A stretch of DNA of 32,000 nt from Crocosphaera subtropica ATCC 51142 (GTDB lineage: Bacteria; Cyanobacteriota; Cyanobacteriia; Cyanobacteriales; Microcystaceae), in the NCBI RefSeq assembly GCF_000017845.1, contig NC_010546.1, positions 4,860,001 through 4,892,000 of the forward strand, given 5' to 3'. Below, piece after piece: positions 1 through 7,581 of this stretch (the first letter of the stretch is position 1; every line of letters starts with the position of its first letter). The notes beneath the pieces are model-generated. The model saw nothing but the letters and a program-made list of their open reading frames with translations, did not search any database and was not told the DNA's origin. The position numbers and the translations under genes were made by a program.

Positions 1-957
1 GCTAAAGCTGACGTGGAAAACGCTAAAGCCACTTTAGCCAGCACTGACGCTGAAGTACAAAGGGTACAAGCAGAGCTAACGTTAGCCAAACAAAACTATG
101 ATCGCGCAAAATTCCTTGAATCAGAAGATGTTGTCCCCACACAAACCCTTGACGACGCAACCCGTACCCTCAACGCAACTCAAGCTCAACTGCAATCTAC
201 CATTAAAACCCGTGATGCTTCTAGAGAAGCACTCAACGCACAACAAAATAATTTACAAGCGGCCGAAAGACGAGTTGAGCAAGCATTAGCAAATGTGGAT
301 AGTCGTCGCTCGTCCATTGTTCAAGCGCAAGGACAACAGGGAGCGACGGCAGTGACCCTAGGGTATAATTTCCTAGAGGCTCCCATTACTGGGGTCATTG
401 GTGAGTTTAACGAGAAAAAAATTGGGGATAGTGTCAGCATCGGTGAACGGATCACCACCATTACTGACAATCAAGTTTTTTATCTCAACGTCAATATTCC
501 CATAGAAAACCGCAACCGTCTTCGTCAAGGACTTCCTGTTGAACTGGTTAACCAGGATGGAAGTCCAGGGGTTCAAGGACAAATCACCTATATTGCTCCT
601 CAAGTGGATCAAAATGCTCAGTCGGTTCTGGTGAAAATGGCCTTTCGTAACGATGGTAGCCTACGGGATAGACAGTATGTGCGAGCGAGAGTCATCTGGG
701 ATAGACAACCAGGGGTTTTGGTTCCTACCACTGCGGTTAGTAGTTTAGGGGGACAAAAATTTGTCTTTTTAGCTCAATCAGGAGAGTCTCAAGATGGTTT
801 AGTGGCCAAACAAGTTCCCGTGGAAGTCGGAGCCATTCAAGGTCAATCTTATCAGGTGATTTCTGGCGTTAAACCCGGCGATCGCATTGCGGTTAGTCGT
901 ATTCTTGATTTAAAAGATGGTCGTGCTATTAAAGAAGCCTCTTTAACAACTCAATAA
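1..957 (+). CDS. Efflux RND-type transporter periplasmic adaptor (membrane fusion protein / HlyD family), 5' end outside the window
   Basis: Frame 1 is open from nt 1 (AKADVENAKA...), so the GTG at 13 is not the real start. A long coiled-coil hairpin region (LAKQNYDRAK..., LQAAERRVEQALANV) is followed by barrel-like segments (LEAPITGVIG, GQITYIAPQVD, VLVPTTAV, VKPGDRIAV) typical of MFP adaptors. Stop is TAA at 955-957. Confidence 0.85.
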   Translation, partial: AKADVENAKATLASTDAEVQRVQAELTLAKQNYDRAKFLESEDVVPTQTLDDATRTLNATQAQLQSTIKTRDASREALNAQQNNLQAAERRVEQALANVDSRRSSIVQAQGQQGATAVTLGYNFLEAPITGVIGEFNEKKIGDSVSIGERITTITDNQVFYLNVNIPIENRNRLRQGLPVELVNQDGSPGVQGQITYIAPQVDQNAQSVLVKMAFRNDGSLRDRQYVRARVIWDRQPGVLVPTTAVSSLGGQKFVFLAQSGESQDGLVAKQVPVEVGAIQGQSYQVISGVKPGDRIAVSRILDLKDGRAIKEASLTTQ

Positions 958-960
958 CGT

Positions 961-1080
961 GAGTTCGATGTTAGGAGTTTGGAGTGCGACTACGTCGTGC
1001 TAAGCAACGGAGCTACTATCAGGTATAGTATTGCAAGAGATTTCATCTCAGTTTTCCATAGATTCTCTTCCGTCGAACTC
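961..1080. repeat. Short interspersed element bounded by GAGTTCGA ... TCGAACTC, carrying a partial IS630-type MITE end at 1013-1045
   Basis: An 8-nt inverted repeat sits at 961-968 and 1073-1080. The right flank CGAACTCAGGTT recurs at 17306-17317. Positions 1013-1045 (ctactatcaggtatagtattgcaagagatttca) match the right-hand third of the MITEs at 2879-2974 and 15145-15241. Confidence 0.4.
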
Positions 1081-1145
1081 AGGTTGGTATAAGATCAATC
1101 CTTCACAATTAACGATAATTCTTCAATTCATGTTGGGTGAGAGCT

Positions 1146-2708
1146 TCAATTGATTTGATAAATATCGAATAAAGGTGTCTCTTCAAATAATTTATATTGA
1201 TGATTAAAATTCTGAAAATTTTTTGAGAGAGACTTTGTTTTCTTCAGTCTATAATCTCCTAATGATTCATATTTGGGATAAAGTAAATAAAAATCCTCTT
1301 CACATTCTGCGACAAAGGTTAAATCTTGTTGATTGACATATTGATTAATATATTCTTGGTTGCGAATGTTTCTATATCTTTCTTGGGGATGACAAACTGT
1401 TGATTGAGGAGGAATTTTTTCCAGTGCTTGACTAATATCAGAGGTATTAGGAACCCTGGGCATTCCGCCACGACTACTAATATAGTTAGCAAAATATTGA
1501 ATATTAATTAATAGGGAAATTGTGATACAGATGATAATAAAACCAATCAAGATTTTTTCCAACTTTTTAGAAAAATCAAGATAAGCTAAACTACACATAG
1601 TTAAGAAAATAGGAGCTAAGTAAATTAAAATTTTATAAAATACAGGATTATAAGTTTTTTCTAAATCTGTTGAAGAATAAGCCAATAAAAAGACTCCCCA
1701 AATAATGAATAAGCTATAAAAAATTGTTTTATTTCCTTTAAATTTGTAAATACTAATGACTAAAATTAGTAATAAAAAAATGATAGAAATTAGCAAGCTT
1801 TTTGAAGAATTACCAATAAAATAAACCCCTTGTCCTAAATCAATATAACCTGAAAAAATGGCTTGAAATCTTTGTAGTAAGGAAACACTATGACCCTCTT
1901 CTGTACTAGAGTCAAAAACCAGTTGAATAATTCGCTGTGTATTGATCCAGTTACGTCCAAATTCCCCTATCCAATAAGGTGTTAAAGTTACTAAGGTTGT
2001 AAGAATGGCCAGACCTGGTAAAATCCATCCTTTTTTCTTTTTTCTGTTTTGAAAAATATAGTAAATGATGCTAATAATAGATACAGCAGAAATCACATAG
2101 AGAGCCGAAAAGTGTAAATTAGTAATAATAGCAATCACTAAACCGTAAGTTATCCAGCATAATACCTCTAATTTAGGAGATAGTTTTTCATTGAGTTGGT
2201 AGTCATATAAAATCACTAAACAGAGTAAAAAAAACGGAATCGAAACCGGATTACCGCCTAAACTATCCCCGGTACTCATGACAATATTTCTAAAGAGCAA
2301 AATATACCAAAATCCCGATAATGCTGATAAGAAAAAACGTTTATCTTTTTCAACTCCTTCTAGTAATCTATAAATAGTAAAAGCCAACAAAGGAATAGTT
2401 AAAAAAGTAAACAAAGCATTGGATATGGCTTGAGCAGATAAGTCAGGAGTAAGTAAAGTACCAGGAAACACTAAATAGTAATAAAGGGGAGGTAAATAGA
2501 CATCTCCCACCAGTCCAGACCAAGCAGCAGGCCCAGGCCCTAAAGTTGGCCAAGAACCTTCCCAAATGGCCATTACACGATAAGCATCATTGATTTGATC
2601 TCCACTGTAATTCGTAAAGTTTAGGACAACAAAACTGAGAATAAAGACTCCATAAGCTAACGATAATATAAGTAATAATTTTCCAAAATTTCTTAGATTC
2701 TTTTTCAT
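1146..2708 (-). CDS. Polytopic membrane protein, possibly a GT-C fold (ArnT/PMT-like) glycosyltransferase
   Basis: 520-aa ORF with an ATG start and at least 10 hydrophobic segments. An early loop motif, YLPPLYYYLVFPG, resembles ArnT/PMT-type GT-C enzymes. The gene is visibly more AT-rich than its neighbours. The function is only a guess. Confidence 0.6.
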   Translation of the reverse strand: MKKNLRNFGKLLLILSLAYGVFILSFVVLNFTNYSGDQINDAYRVMAIWEGSWPTLGPGPAAWSGLVGDVYLPPLYYYLVFPGTLLTPDLSAQAISNALFTFLTIPLLAFTIYRLLEGVEKDKRFFLSALSGFWYILLFRNIVMSTGDSLGGNPVSIPFFLLCLVILYDYQLNEKLSPKLEVLCWITYGLVIAIITNLHFSALYVISAVSIISIIYYIFQNRKKKKGWILPGLAILTTLVTLTPYWIGEFGRNWINTQRIIQLVFDSSTEEGHSVSLLQRFQAIFSGYIDLGQGVYFIGNSSKSLLISIIFLLLILVISIYKFKGNKTIFYSLFIIWGVFLLAYSSTDLEKTYNPVFYKILIYLAPIFLTMCSLAYLDFSKKLEKILIGFIIICITISLLINIQYFANYISSRGGMPRVPNTSDISQALEKIPPQSTVCHPQERYRNIRNQEYINQYVNQQDLTFVAECEEDFYLLYPKYESLGDYRLKKTKSLSKNFQNFNHQYKLFEETPLFDIYQIN

Positions 2709-2878
2709 AGTTTTTTATTATAATAGACTGGTTTATTTTGAGGCTCTCCCAATTGTAAATCGGAAGACTGATAAGGAGGGAACTTTGTTGGCGTTATTAT
2801 ACCAATTCTCCTAATAATCTTCATTATTCGGGTGATTAGGATGGTAGAGAGAAACTGTGGGTGAGAGAAATACTCAGA

Positions 2879-2974
2879 TGAAATCTGCTTAATTACTCAT
2901 CATTAAAATCATGACTGCACACCCCTCTTCCTCTGCTTACCTTACTATAAAGTCTAGGATTCAACGAGATTTCA
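2879..2974 (+). mobile_element. MITE (96 nt) with the termini of the IS630-family element in this window
   Basis: Termini are tgaaatctgcttaat... and ...cgagatttca. The left end matches the IS left end (tgaaatccgcttaat). The right end matches the reverse complement of the IS right end (tgaaatccgtttgaa). It has no coding capacity. A TA lies directly after the right end. Confidence 0.7.
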
Positions 2975-3294
2975 TATTACCTCTCTAAACAATTTTTGAT
3001 TGCTTGTTTTGCATCCTAGACAGAAGGTAATGCTATAAAAGTAGGATTAACTGTTGATCTGGTTGCTAAAAATCGTCATTCTTTCACTCTTTTGTCTGAA
3101 GCGATCTCGAAGATATCTGCGTAGCGATGCGCCCATTACTTCCTTACTTTACTGAGTACGGAAATCTACGCCTAAACAGTGTTCAAAACCGAAATCGGAT
3201 CAAAAAAACATGAGCTATCATAGACAGTGGAGGGAGACAAAAGTAGTCAAACTCCAGAAGATAAGAGAAAGTTCTAAATCGGAGGTTAATATAT

Positions 3295-3741
3295 ATGGCA
3301 CTTGTACGTTGGGAACCTTTCAGAGAAATTGACTCTCTACAAAAAGAAATGAATCGCTTATTTGATAGTTTCTATCCCACTGGTTTAGCTAACGGTGACT
3401 TTGATAAATTATCCTTCGTTCCCGCAGCAGAAATGAACGAAACGGAAGAAGCGATCGACCTTAAACTAGAAATTCCTGGGTTAGAAGCCAAAGATTTAGA
3501 CGTTGAAGTTCAAGCGGACTCTGTTAGCATTAAAGGAGAACGGAAATCAGAAGAAAAAACCGAAGAAAACGGGACAACCCGAACTGAATTCCGTTACGGT
3601 AAATTCCATCGAGTTATTCCTTTACCTAGCCGAGTACAAAACAACAATGTAACGGCAGAGTATAAAGATGGTATCCTTCATCTTAATCTGCCTAAAGCAG
3701 AAGAAGAACGGAACAAAGTCGTGAAAGTCAATCTTGGATAA
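3295..3741 (+). CDS. hspA: Small heat-shock protein, Hsp20/alpha-crystallin family
   Basis: 148 aa. The N-terminus MALVRWEPFREIDSLQKEMNRLFD and the alpha-crystallin core (AIDLKLEIPGL...VSIKGER...FHRVIPLP...AEYKDGILHLNLPK) are typical. GGAGG lies 10 nt upstream of the ATG. Confidence 0.95.
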   Translation: MALVRWEPFREIDSLQKEMNRLFDSFYPTGLANGDFDKLSFVPAAEMNETEEAIDLKLEIPGLEAKDLDVEVQADSVSIKGERKSEEKTEENGTTRTEFRYGKFHRVIPLPSRVQNNNVTAEYKDGILHLNLPKAEEERNKVVKVNLG

Positions 3742-3748
3742 ACTAATT

Positions 3749-3783
3749 GGGGGTCAACAACCGTTGACCCCTTATTCTTTTTT
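3749..3783 (+). terminator. Rho-independent terminator of hspA
   Basis: A 9-bp GC-rich stem pairs ggggtcaac (3750-3758) with gttgacccc (3763-3771) around loop aacc. It is followed by ttattctttttt. Confidence 0.75.
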
Positions 3784-3881
3784 GACTCTCAGATAGCAAT
3801 AGAAAAAAAGGATGTTATTAACCTTTGAGCTTATCCCGAATTGACGTTAAAGGTAAACAAACTCCGAACCCAAAATCAAAC

Positions 3882-4622
3882 TTACTGACTCAAAGCCTTC
3901 AAAAAACTTTGTACACTGGCAAAAATGCCCGATTTTTTAGGTTGAGGTTGATCACTATTCTCTTCTTCTCCTTTCAACGCATTATTCACTAAAATATCTA
4001 AAGCTTCTCCCATCGGTTTTTGCCCTTGTTCGGCAATTAATTCATAACCCTCTTCTTTTTCTAAATACACTAACCAAGGAGAAGGATAAGAACGCAACAC
4101 CACTACCCCATCTAACGGTCGAAAATAATAAACCGATTCTAGGGTACTAATAAAGCGTTCTCGCAGTTGTCTAGCAGCGTAACCAATGCCCACAATAGAC
4201 ACATCTTCTAACTGGGGAATCAGCAAAATAACGGGGCGATGGCCCGCTAAATTACACAATTTTTCTACGATTTCCACCTCAACCGAAGAGGGACTGACTA
4301 ATAAAAAGGCTTCGTCTGCTTCAGAAATTTTCTTGTCTATGGGAGTGGCCCGACTGCCTAAGTCAGTTACCTGAAAAGGGGTTTCTCCCCAGTCTCGTCT
4401 GGCTAAAGCTGCAGCGCCGGTATCGGGAAAGATCACTTTTAACCCTGATTCTTGGCCTTTAAATAAGGTGGTAAACTCTAAGGCTAAGGGTTGGGCTTGT
4501 AGGGCAATTTCTGGGATAACAATTTCTAAGCAAATACGTCCTACCCCTGCTTCTAGGGCGAGTTTGGCTGCTTCTTTGGCTTGGGTTACGGCTTGTTCTA
4601 AACTGTTGGGAACTTCAACCAT
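3882..4622 (-). CDS. Conserved cyanobacterial/plastid-lineage protein, DUF1995-like
   Basis: 246-aa ORF with an ATG start and no overlapping alternative. Residue pattern (RICLEIVIPEI..., FPDTGAAALARRDW..., LLVSPSS) recalls the DUF1995 family. The family call is from memory. Confidence 0.7.
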   Translation of the reverse strand: MVEVPNSLEQAVTQAKEAAKLALEAGVGRICLEIVIPEIALQAQPLALEFTTLFKGQESGLKVIFPDTGAAALARRDWGETPFQVTDLGSRATPIDKKISEADEAFLLVSPSSVEVEIVEKLCNLAGHRPVILLIPQLEDVSIVGIGYAARQLRERFISTLESVYYFRPLDGVVVLRSYPSPWLVYLEKEEGYELIAEQGQKPMGEALDILVNNALKGEEENSDQPQPKKSGIFASVQSFLKALSQ

Positions 4623-4714
4623 GATAGGGTTCTTAAAGAGCGATCGCTATTATTGTACAAGAGTACGAGACAATGGAAAATAGACGAGTGAAATGGTGAC
4701 AGTCACATCACATT

Positions 4715-5278
4715 ATGATTGGTATTTTAGCGATCCTTTCTGTATCGGCAGCAGCCGGAATGAGAATTGCGTTACCTTTATTAATTATTGGCTTGCTTCG
4801 TAGTGATTTATGGTCACAGGTTCCTTTACTGGCTGCTATTCCTCCCCAAGTTTTGATTGGGGTTTTAACCAGTTGGTCATTGTTTGAATTATTTGGCTCA
4901 AAAAAATTATTAGGTCAGCGTATTTTACAGATTATCCAATTAATTTTTAGCCCCTTAGTCGGGGGATTATTAGCCGTTGCTCTGGTCAAAATGGCTAATT
5001 TAGAAATGAGTCCGTTATGGTTAATTGGTGTCATTGGGGGATTATTAGCGTTTGTTTTAAAGTTGGTTCAAGTCGGTTGGTTTTTTCGCTTAAGAGGGTT
5101 ACCGATATGGGTAATTTGTATTGAAGATATTGTTTGTATTTTATTGGTTTTATTCGCTTTTGATGCCCCTAAAAATGGAGGGTTAATTGCTTTGATGTTA
5201 TTATGGATAGCCATTAGAAGTTCAACGGCTTGGCGTAAATGGTATCGTCAAAGTAGTCAAGTTTCTGAGCTTAAATGA
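4715..5278 (+). CDS. Small integral membrane protein (DUF4126-like)
   Basis: 187 aa with 5-6 hydrophobic helices. The N-terminus ILAILSVSAAAGMRIALPLLIIGLL resembles DUF4126 proteins. Confidence 0.65.
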   Translation: MIGILAILSVSAAAGMRIALPLLIIGLLRSDLWSQVPLLAAIPPQVLIGVLTSWSLFELFGSKKLLGQRILQIIQLIFSPLVGGLLAVALVKMANLEMSPLWLIGVIGGLLAFVLKLVQVGWFFRLRGLPIWVICIEDIVCILLVLFAFDAPKNGGLIALMLLWIAIRSSTAWRKWYRQSSQVSELK

Positions 5279-5312
5279 ATTTAAAATATGATCACTGATA
5301 ACTGATTTAAGT

Positions 5313-5999
5313 TTATCGTCTTCCTTGACCAAATAAAATCTTTTTTGATGCTTCGGTAATGGTGGCTTCTGTTTTTAGATTTTTTGCTATGTCATAAGCT
5401 TTTTGAACAGCCGGACGATTTTGGATACTTTCAAACCATCTTTTAAGATTAGGAAAATCAGCTAAGTTTTGCTGTTGTTGTTGATGGGGTACAATCCAAG
5501 GATAGACAGCCATGTCTGCAATAGAATAAGCTTGTGCGATGTATTCTCTATCTTTTAATTGTTCATCTAATACCCCATAAAGCCGTTCTGTTTCTTTGAC
5601 GTATCGATCAATAGCATAGGGAACTTTTTCAGGAGCATAATGACTAAAATGATGATTTTGACCTAACATCGGTCCAAGTCCTCCCATTTGCCAAAATAAC
5701 CATTGCATAACGTCCATTTCACCCTGTATATCTGTGGGCAAAAATTGTTGAGTTTTTTTAGCTAAATAATATAAAATTGCCCCAGATTCAAAAATACGAA
5801 TGGGTTCACCACCATCGGTTGGAGAATGATCTACAATTGCAGGAATGCGATTATTAGGAGAGATTTTCAGAAATTCAGGCTCAAATTGTTCTCCTTTAGC
5901 AATATTAATTAAGTTAATTTTATAGTCTAATTGGGTTTCTTCTAGAAAAATAGTAATTTTATGACCGTTGGGAGTTGTCCAATAGTAGAGATCAATCAT
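5313..5999 (-). CDS. Glutathione S-transferase, Nu-class (YfcG/YghU-like)
   Basis: The N-terminus MIDLYYWTTPNGHKITIFLEE...FLKISPNNRIPAIVDH...GGEPIRIFESGAILYYLA...WLFWQMGGLGPMLGQNHHF closely parallels E. coli YfcG as I remember it. Confidence 0.9.
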   Translation of the reverse strand: MIDLYYWTTPNGHKITIFLEETQLDYKINLINIAKGEQFEPEFLKISPNNRIPAIVDHSPTDGGEPIRIFESGAILYYLAKKTQQFLPTDIQGEMDVMQWLFWQMGGLGPMLGQNHHFSHYAPEKVPYAIDRYVKETERLYGVLDEQLKDREYIAQAYSIADMAVYPWIVPHQQQQQNLADFPNLKRWFESIQNRPAVQKAYDIAKNLKTEATITEASKKILFGQGRR

Positions 6000-6032
6000 A
6001 ATAATTTTTAAGGAAATAAAAGTTAACTATCT

Positions 6033-6398
6033 TTAACAAAGCGGTTGATTACTGACCAACATTTTCTGTGCCATTCCTGCACCCACTCCAATATGATTGT
6101 CTTGAATGGCCACAAGAACTGAACCACTGGGTTGCACGCTAATGACTTGAACTTGAGTTCCGGGGGTAAGTCCCATCCCTAATAGTCGACTCCTTCCTCC
6201 TTTTCCGACAAAACCCACTATCCAAACAGATTGTCCTACATAGGTTTGGGAAAGGGGATAATGCTCACTATTTTTTAGGTTTTGTCCTTGTTCGGGGTTT
6301 TCCTCCTGATTTTCATCAAAGTCGCTGAAAAAGTCAAAACTCCAACCCTTACGTTGACGATGGGGAAGACGGCTATTGTGATTAACTTTCCAATCCAT
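6033..6398 (-). CDS. FeoA-domain protein
   Basis: The C-terminal approx 75 aa (VGQSVWIVGF...SRLLGMGLTPGTQVQVISVQPSGSVLVAIQDNHIGVGAGMAQKMLV) form a typical FeoA SH3-like domain. The N-terminal approx 45 aa are acidic and low-complexity. Confidence 0.8.
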   Translation of the reverse strand: MDWKVNHNSRLPHRQRKGWSFDFFSDFDENQEENPEQGQNLKNSEHYPLSQTYVGQSVWIVGFVGKGGRSRLLGMGLTPGTQVQVISVQPSGSVLVAIQDNHIGVGAGMAQKMLVSNQPLC

Positions 6399-6604
6399 CT
6401 TGCTCTCCTTTGCAATTGAGAGATAGTCTTAATTATTCCACTTCAATTTTAGAGTTATTTGTTGAGATAAGCTTGATCCTTGAATTAAGAAAATCTTAAG
6501 AAAGAGCCGTCCTGAATGAATAAAAGCTTAAATTTTTGTCTAAATCTACAAACGGATGGTTTAATATTATTGAGAATATTTTTCATTAAATTAATTTTAG
6601 TTTC

Positions 6605-7444
6605 ATGGCACTCTCTTCCTTTCCTTTCCTCAATGACAGCCTGAATGCGAAAAAATTCCCTAAAATACATCATTGGTTTCGTCCCACCTTGGCCCCGGAA
6701 CAGGGTGTATTTTTGGTATTGTTGGGTTCTTTTTTGACAGGTGCGGCATTAGCACAGCAATGGAATCAATGGACGAATCTAGCCTTGATCTGTGCTTTTT
6801 TGACGTTACAAATGGAGCATCCTTATGTTGTCCAATTGAAACAAAGAAAAAGCTGGAAACCTCGTTTTTTGATTTGGGGGGGAATTTATGGGGTAAGTGC
6901 GCTCAGTTTAGCTATATTGCTTTGGTTGCATTCCCCAGTCTTGTTAGCCATTTATTCCTTAGTCGTAGTCGCCTTGGTTGCTGATGGTATTGCTGTCGTT
7001 CATCAAAAGCATAAGTCCATTGCTAACGAATTGATCAGCTTTGCCACTATTTCTTTAGCAGCCCCCTTAGCTTATGGTGCCACTACAGGAAATCTCTCTA
7101 TCGAAGCAATGGGGATATGGATTTTGAACACTTTATTTTTTAGTAGTGCCATTTATACTATCAAACTAAGGAAGAAAAAAACTCACTCATTGCAACCAGG
7201 AATAATCTATCATGGTGTATCGGCACTCATTTTGGTTGGATTGTACAGCGTAAATTGTTTATCCTTGATTACAGCTTTATCCTTTGCCGTAGCCTTAATT
7301 AAATTTGGTATAGTTCATTGTGTATTGGACTGGTATCGTCAAGCTAGGTTTCACTCAATTGCTATTTTTGAAACACGATTTGCTTTAGTTTATATTGCGA
7401 TTGCTTGTATTAGTGTTCTTCCGGCCCATTTACCCCCTCAATAA
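6605..7444 (+). CDS. Multi-pass membrane protein (possibly YwiC-like family)
   Basis: 279 aa with about 8 hydrophobic helices. It is divergent from the FeoA gene. The N-terminal motif RPTLAPEQGVFLVLLGSFLTGA resembles YwiC-like proteins, but this family call is weak. Confidence 0.65.
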   Translation: MALSSFPFLNDSLNAKKFPKIHHWFRPTLAPEQGVFLVLLGSFLTGAALAQQWNQWTNLALICAFLTLQMEHPYVVQLKQRKSWKPRFLIWGGIYGVSALSLAILLWLHSPVLLAIYSLVVVALVADGIAVVHQKHKSIANELISFATISLAAPLAYGATTGNLSIEAMGIWILNTLFFSSAIYTIKLRKKKTHSLQPGIIYHGVSALILVGLYSVNCLSLITALSFAVALIKFGIVHCVLDWYRQARFHSIAIFETRFALVYIAIACISVLPAHLPPQ

Positions 7445-7581
7445 ATAATAAGGAGAGGGTATATAAATTGGATTTGTATAAGACTATAATTGATCGAATT
7501 TTATCTTTATACCTAATCCTTTCTCCTCATCTTTAAAATAGAGACTATAATGATTAAGGTAATCAACTAAGATTAACCTTA

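Noticed and set aside
3252-3297. RNA thermometer in the hspA 5' leader, with CUCC at 3252-3255 pairing with the GGAG of the RBS at 3281-3284.
   Set aside because: Only about 4 contiguous base pairs with a 25-nt loop can be drawn by eye. This is too weak to claim without folding calculations or a mapped transcription start.
6485-6984. ORFs 6485-6673 (-) and 6673-6984 (+) near the start of the membrane protein gene.
   Set aside because: The first spans the divergent promoter region and overlaps the 6605 start. The second is an alternative frame inside the 279-aa membrane protein ORF. Neither has family features.
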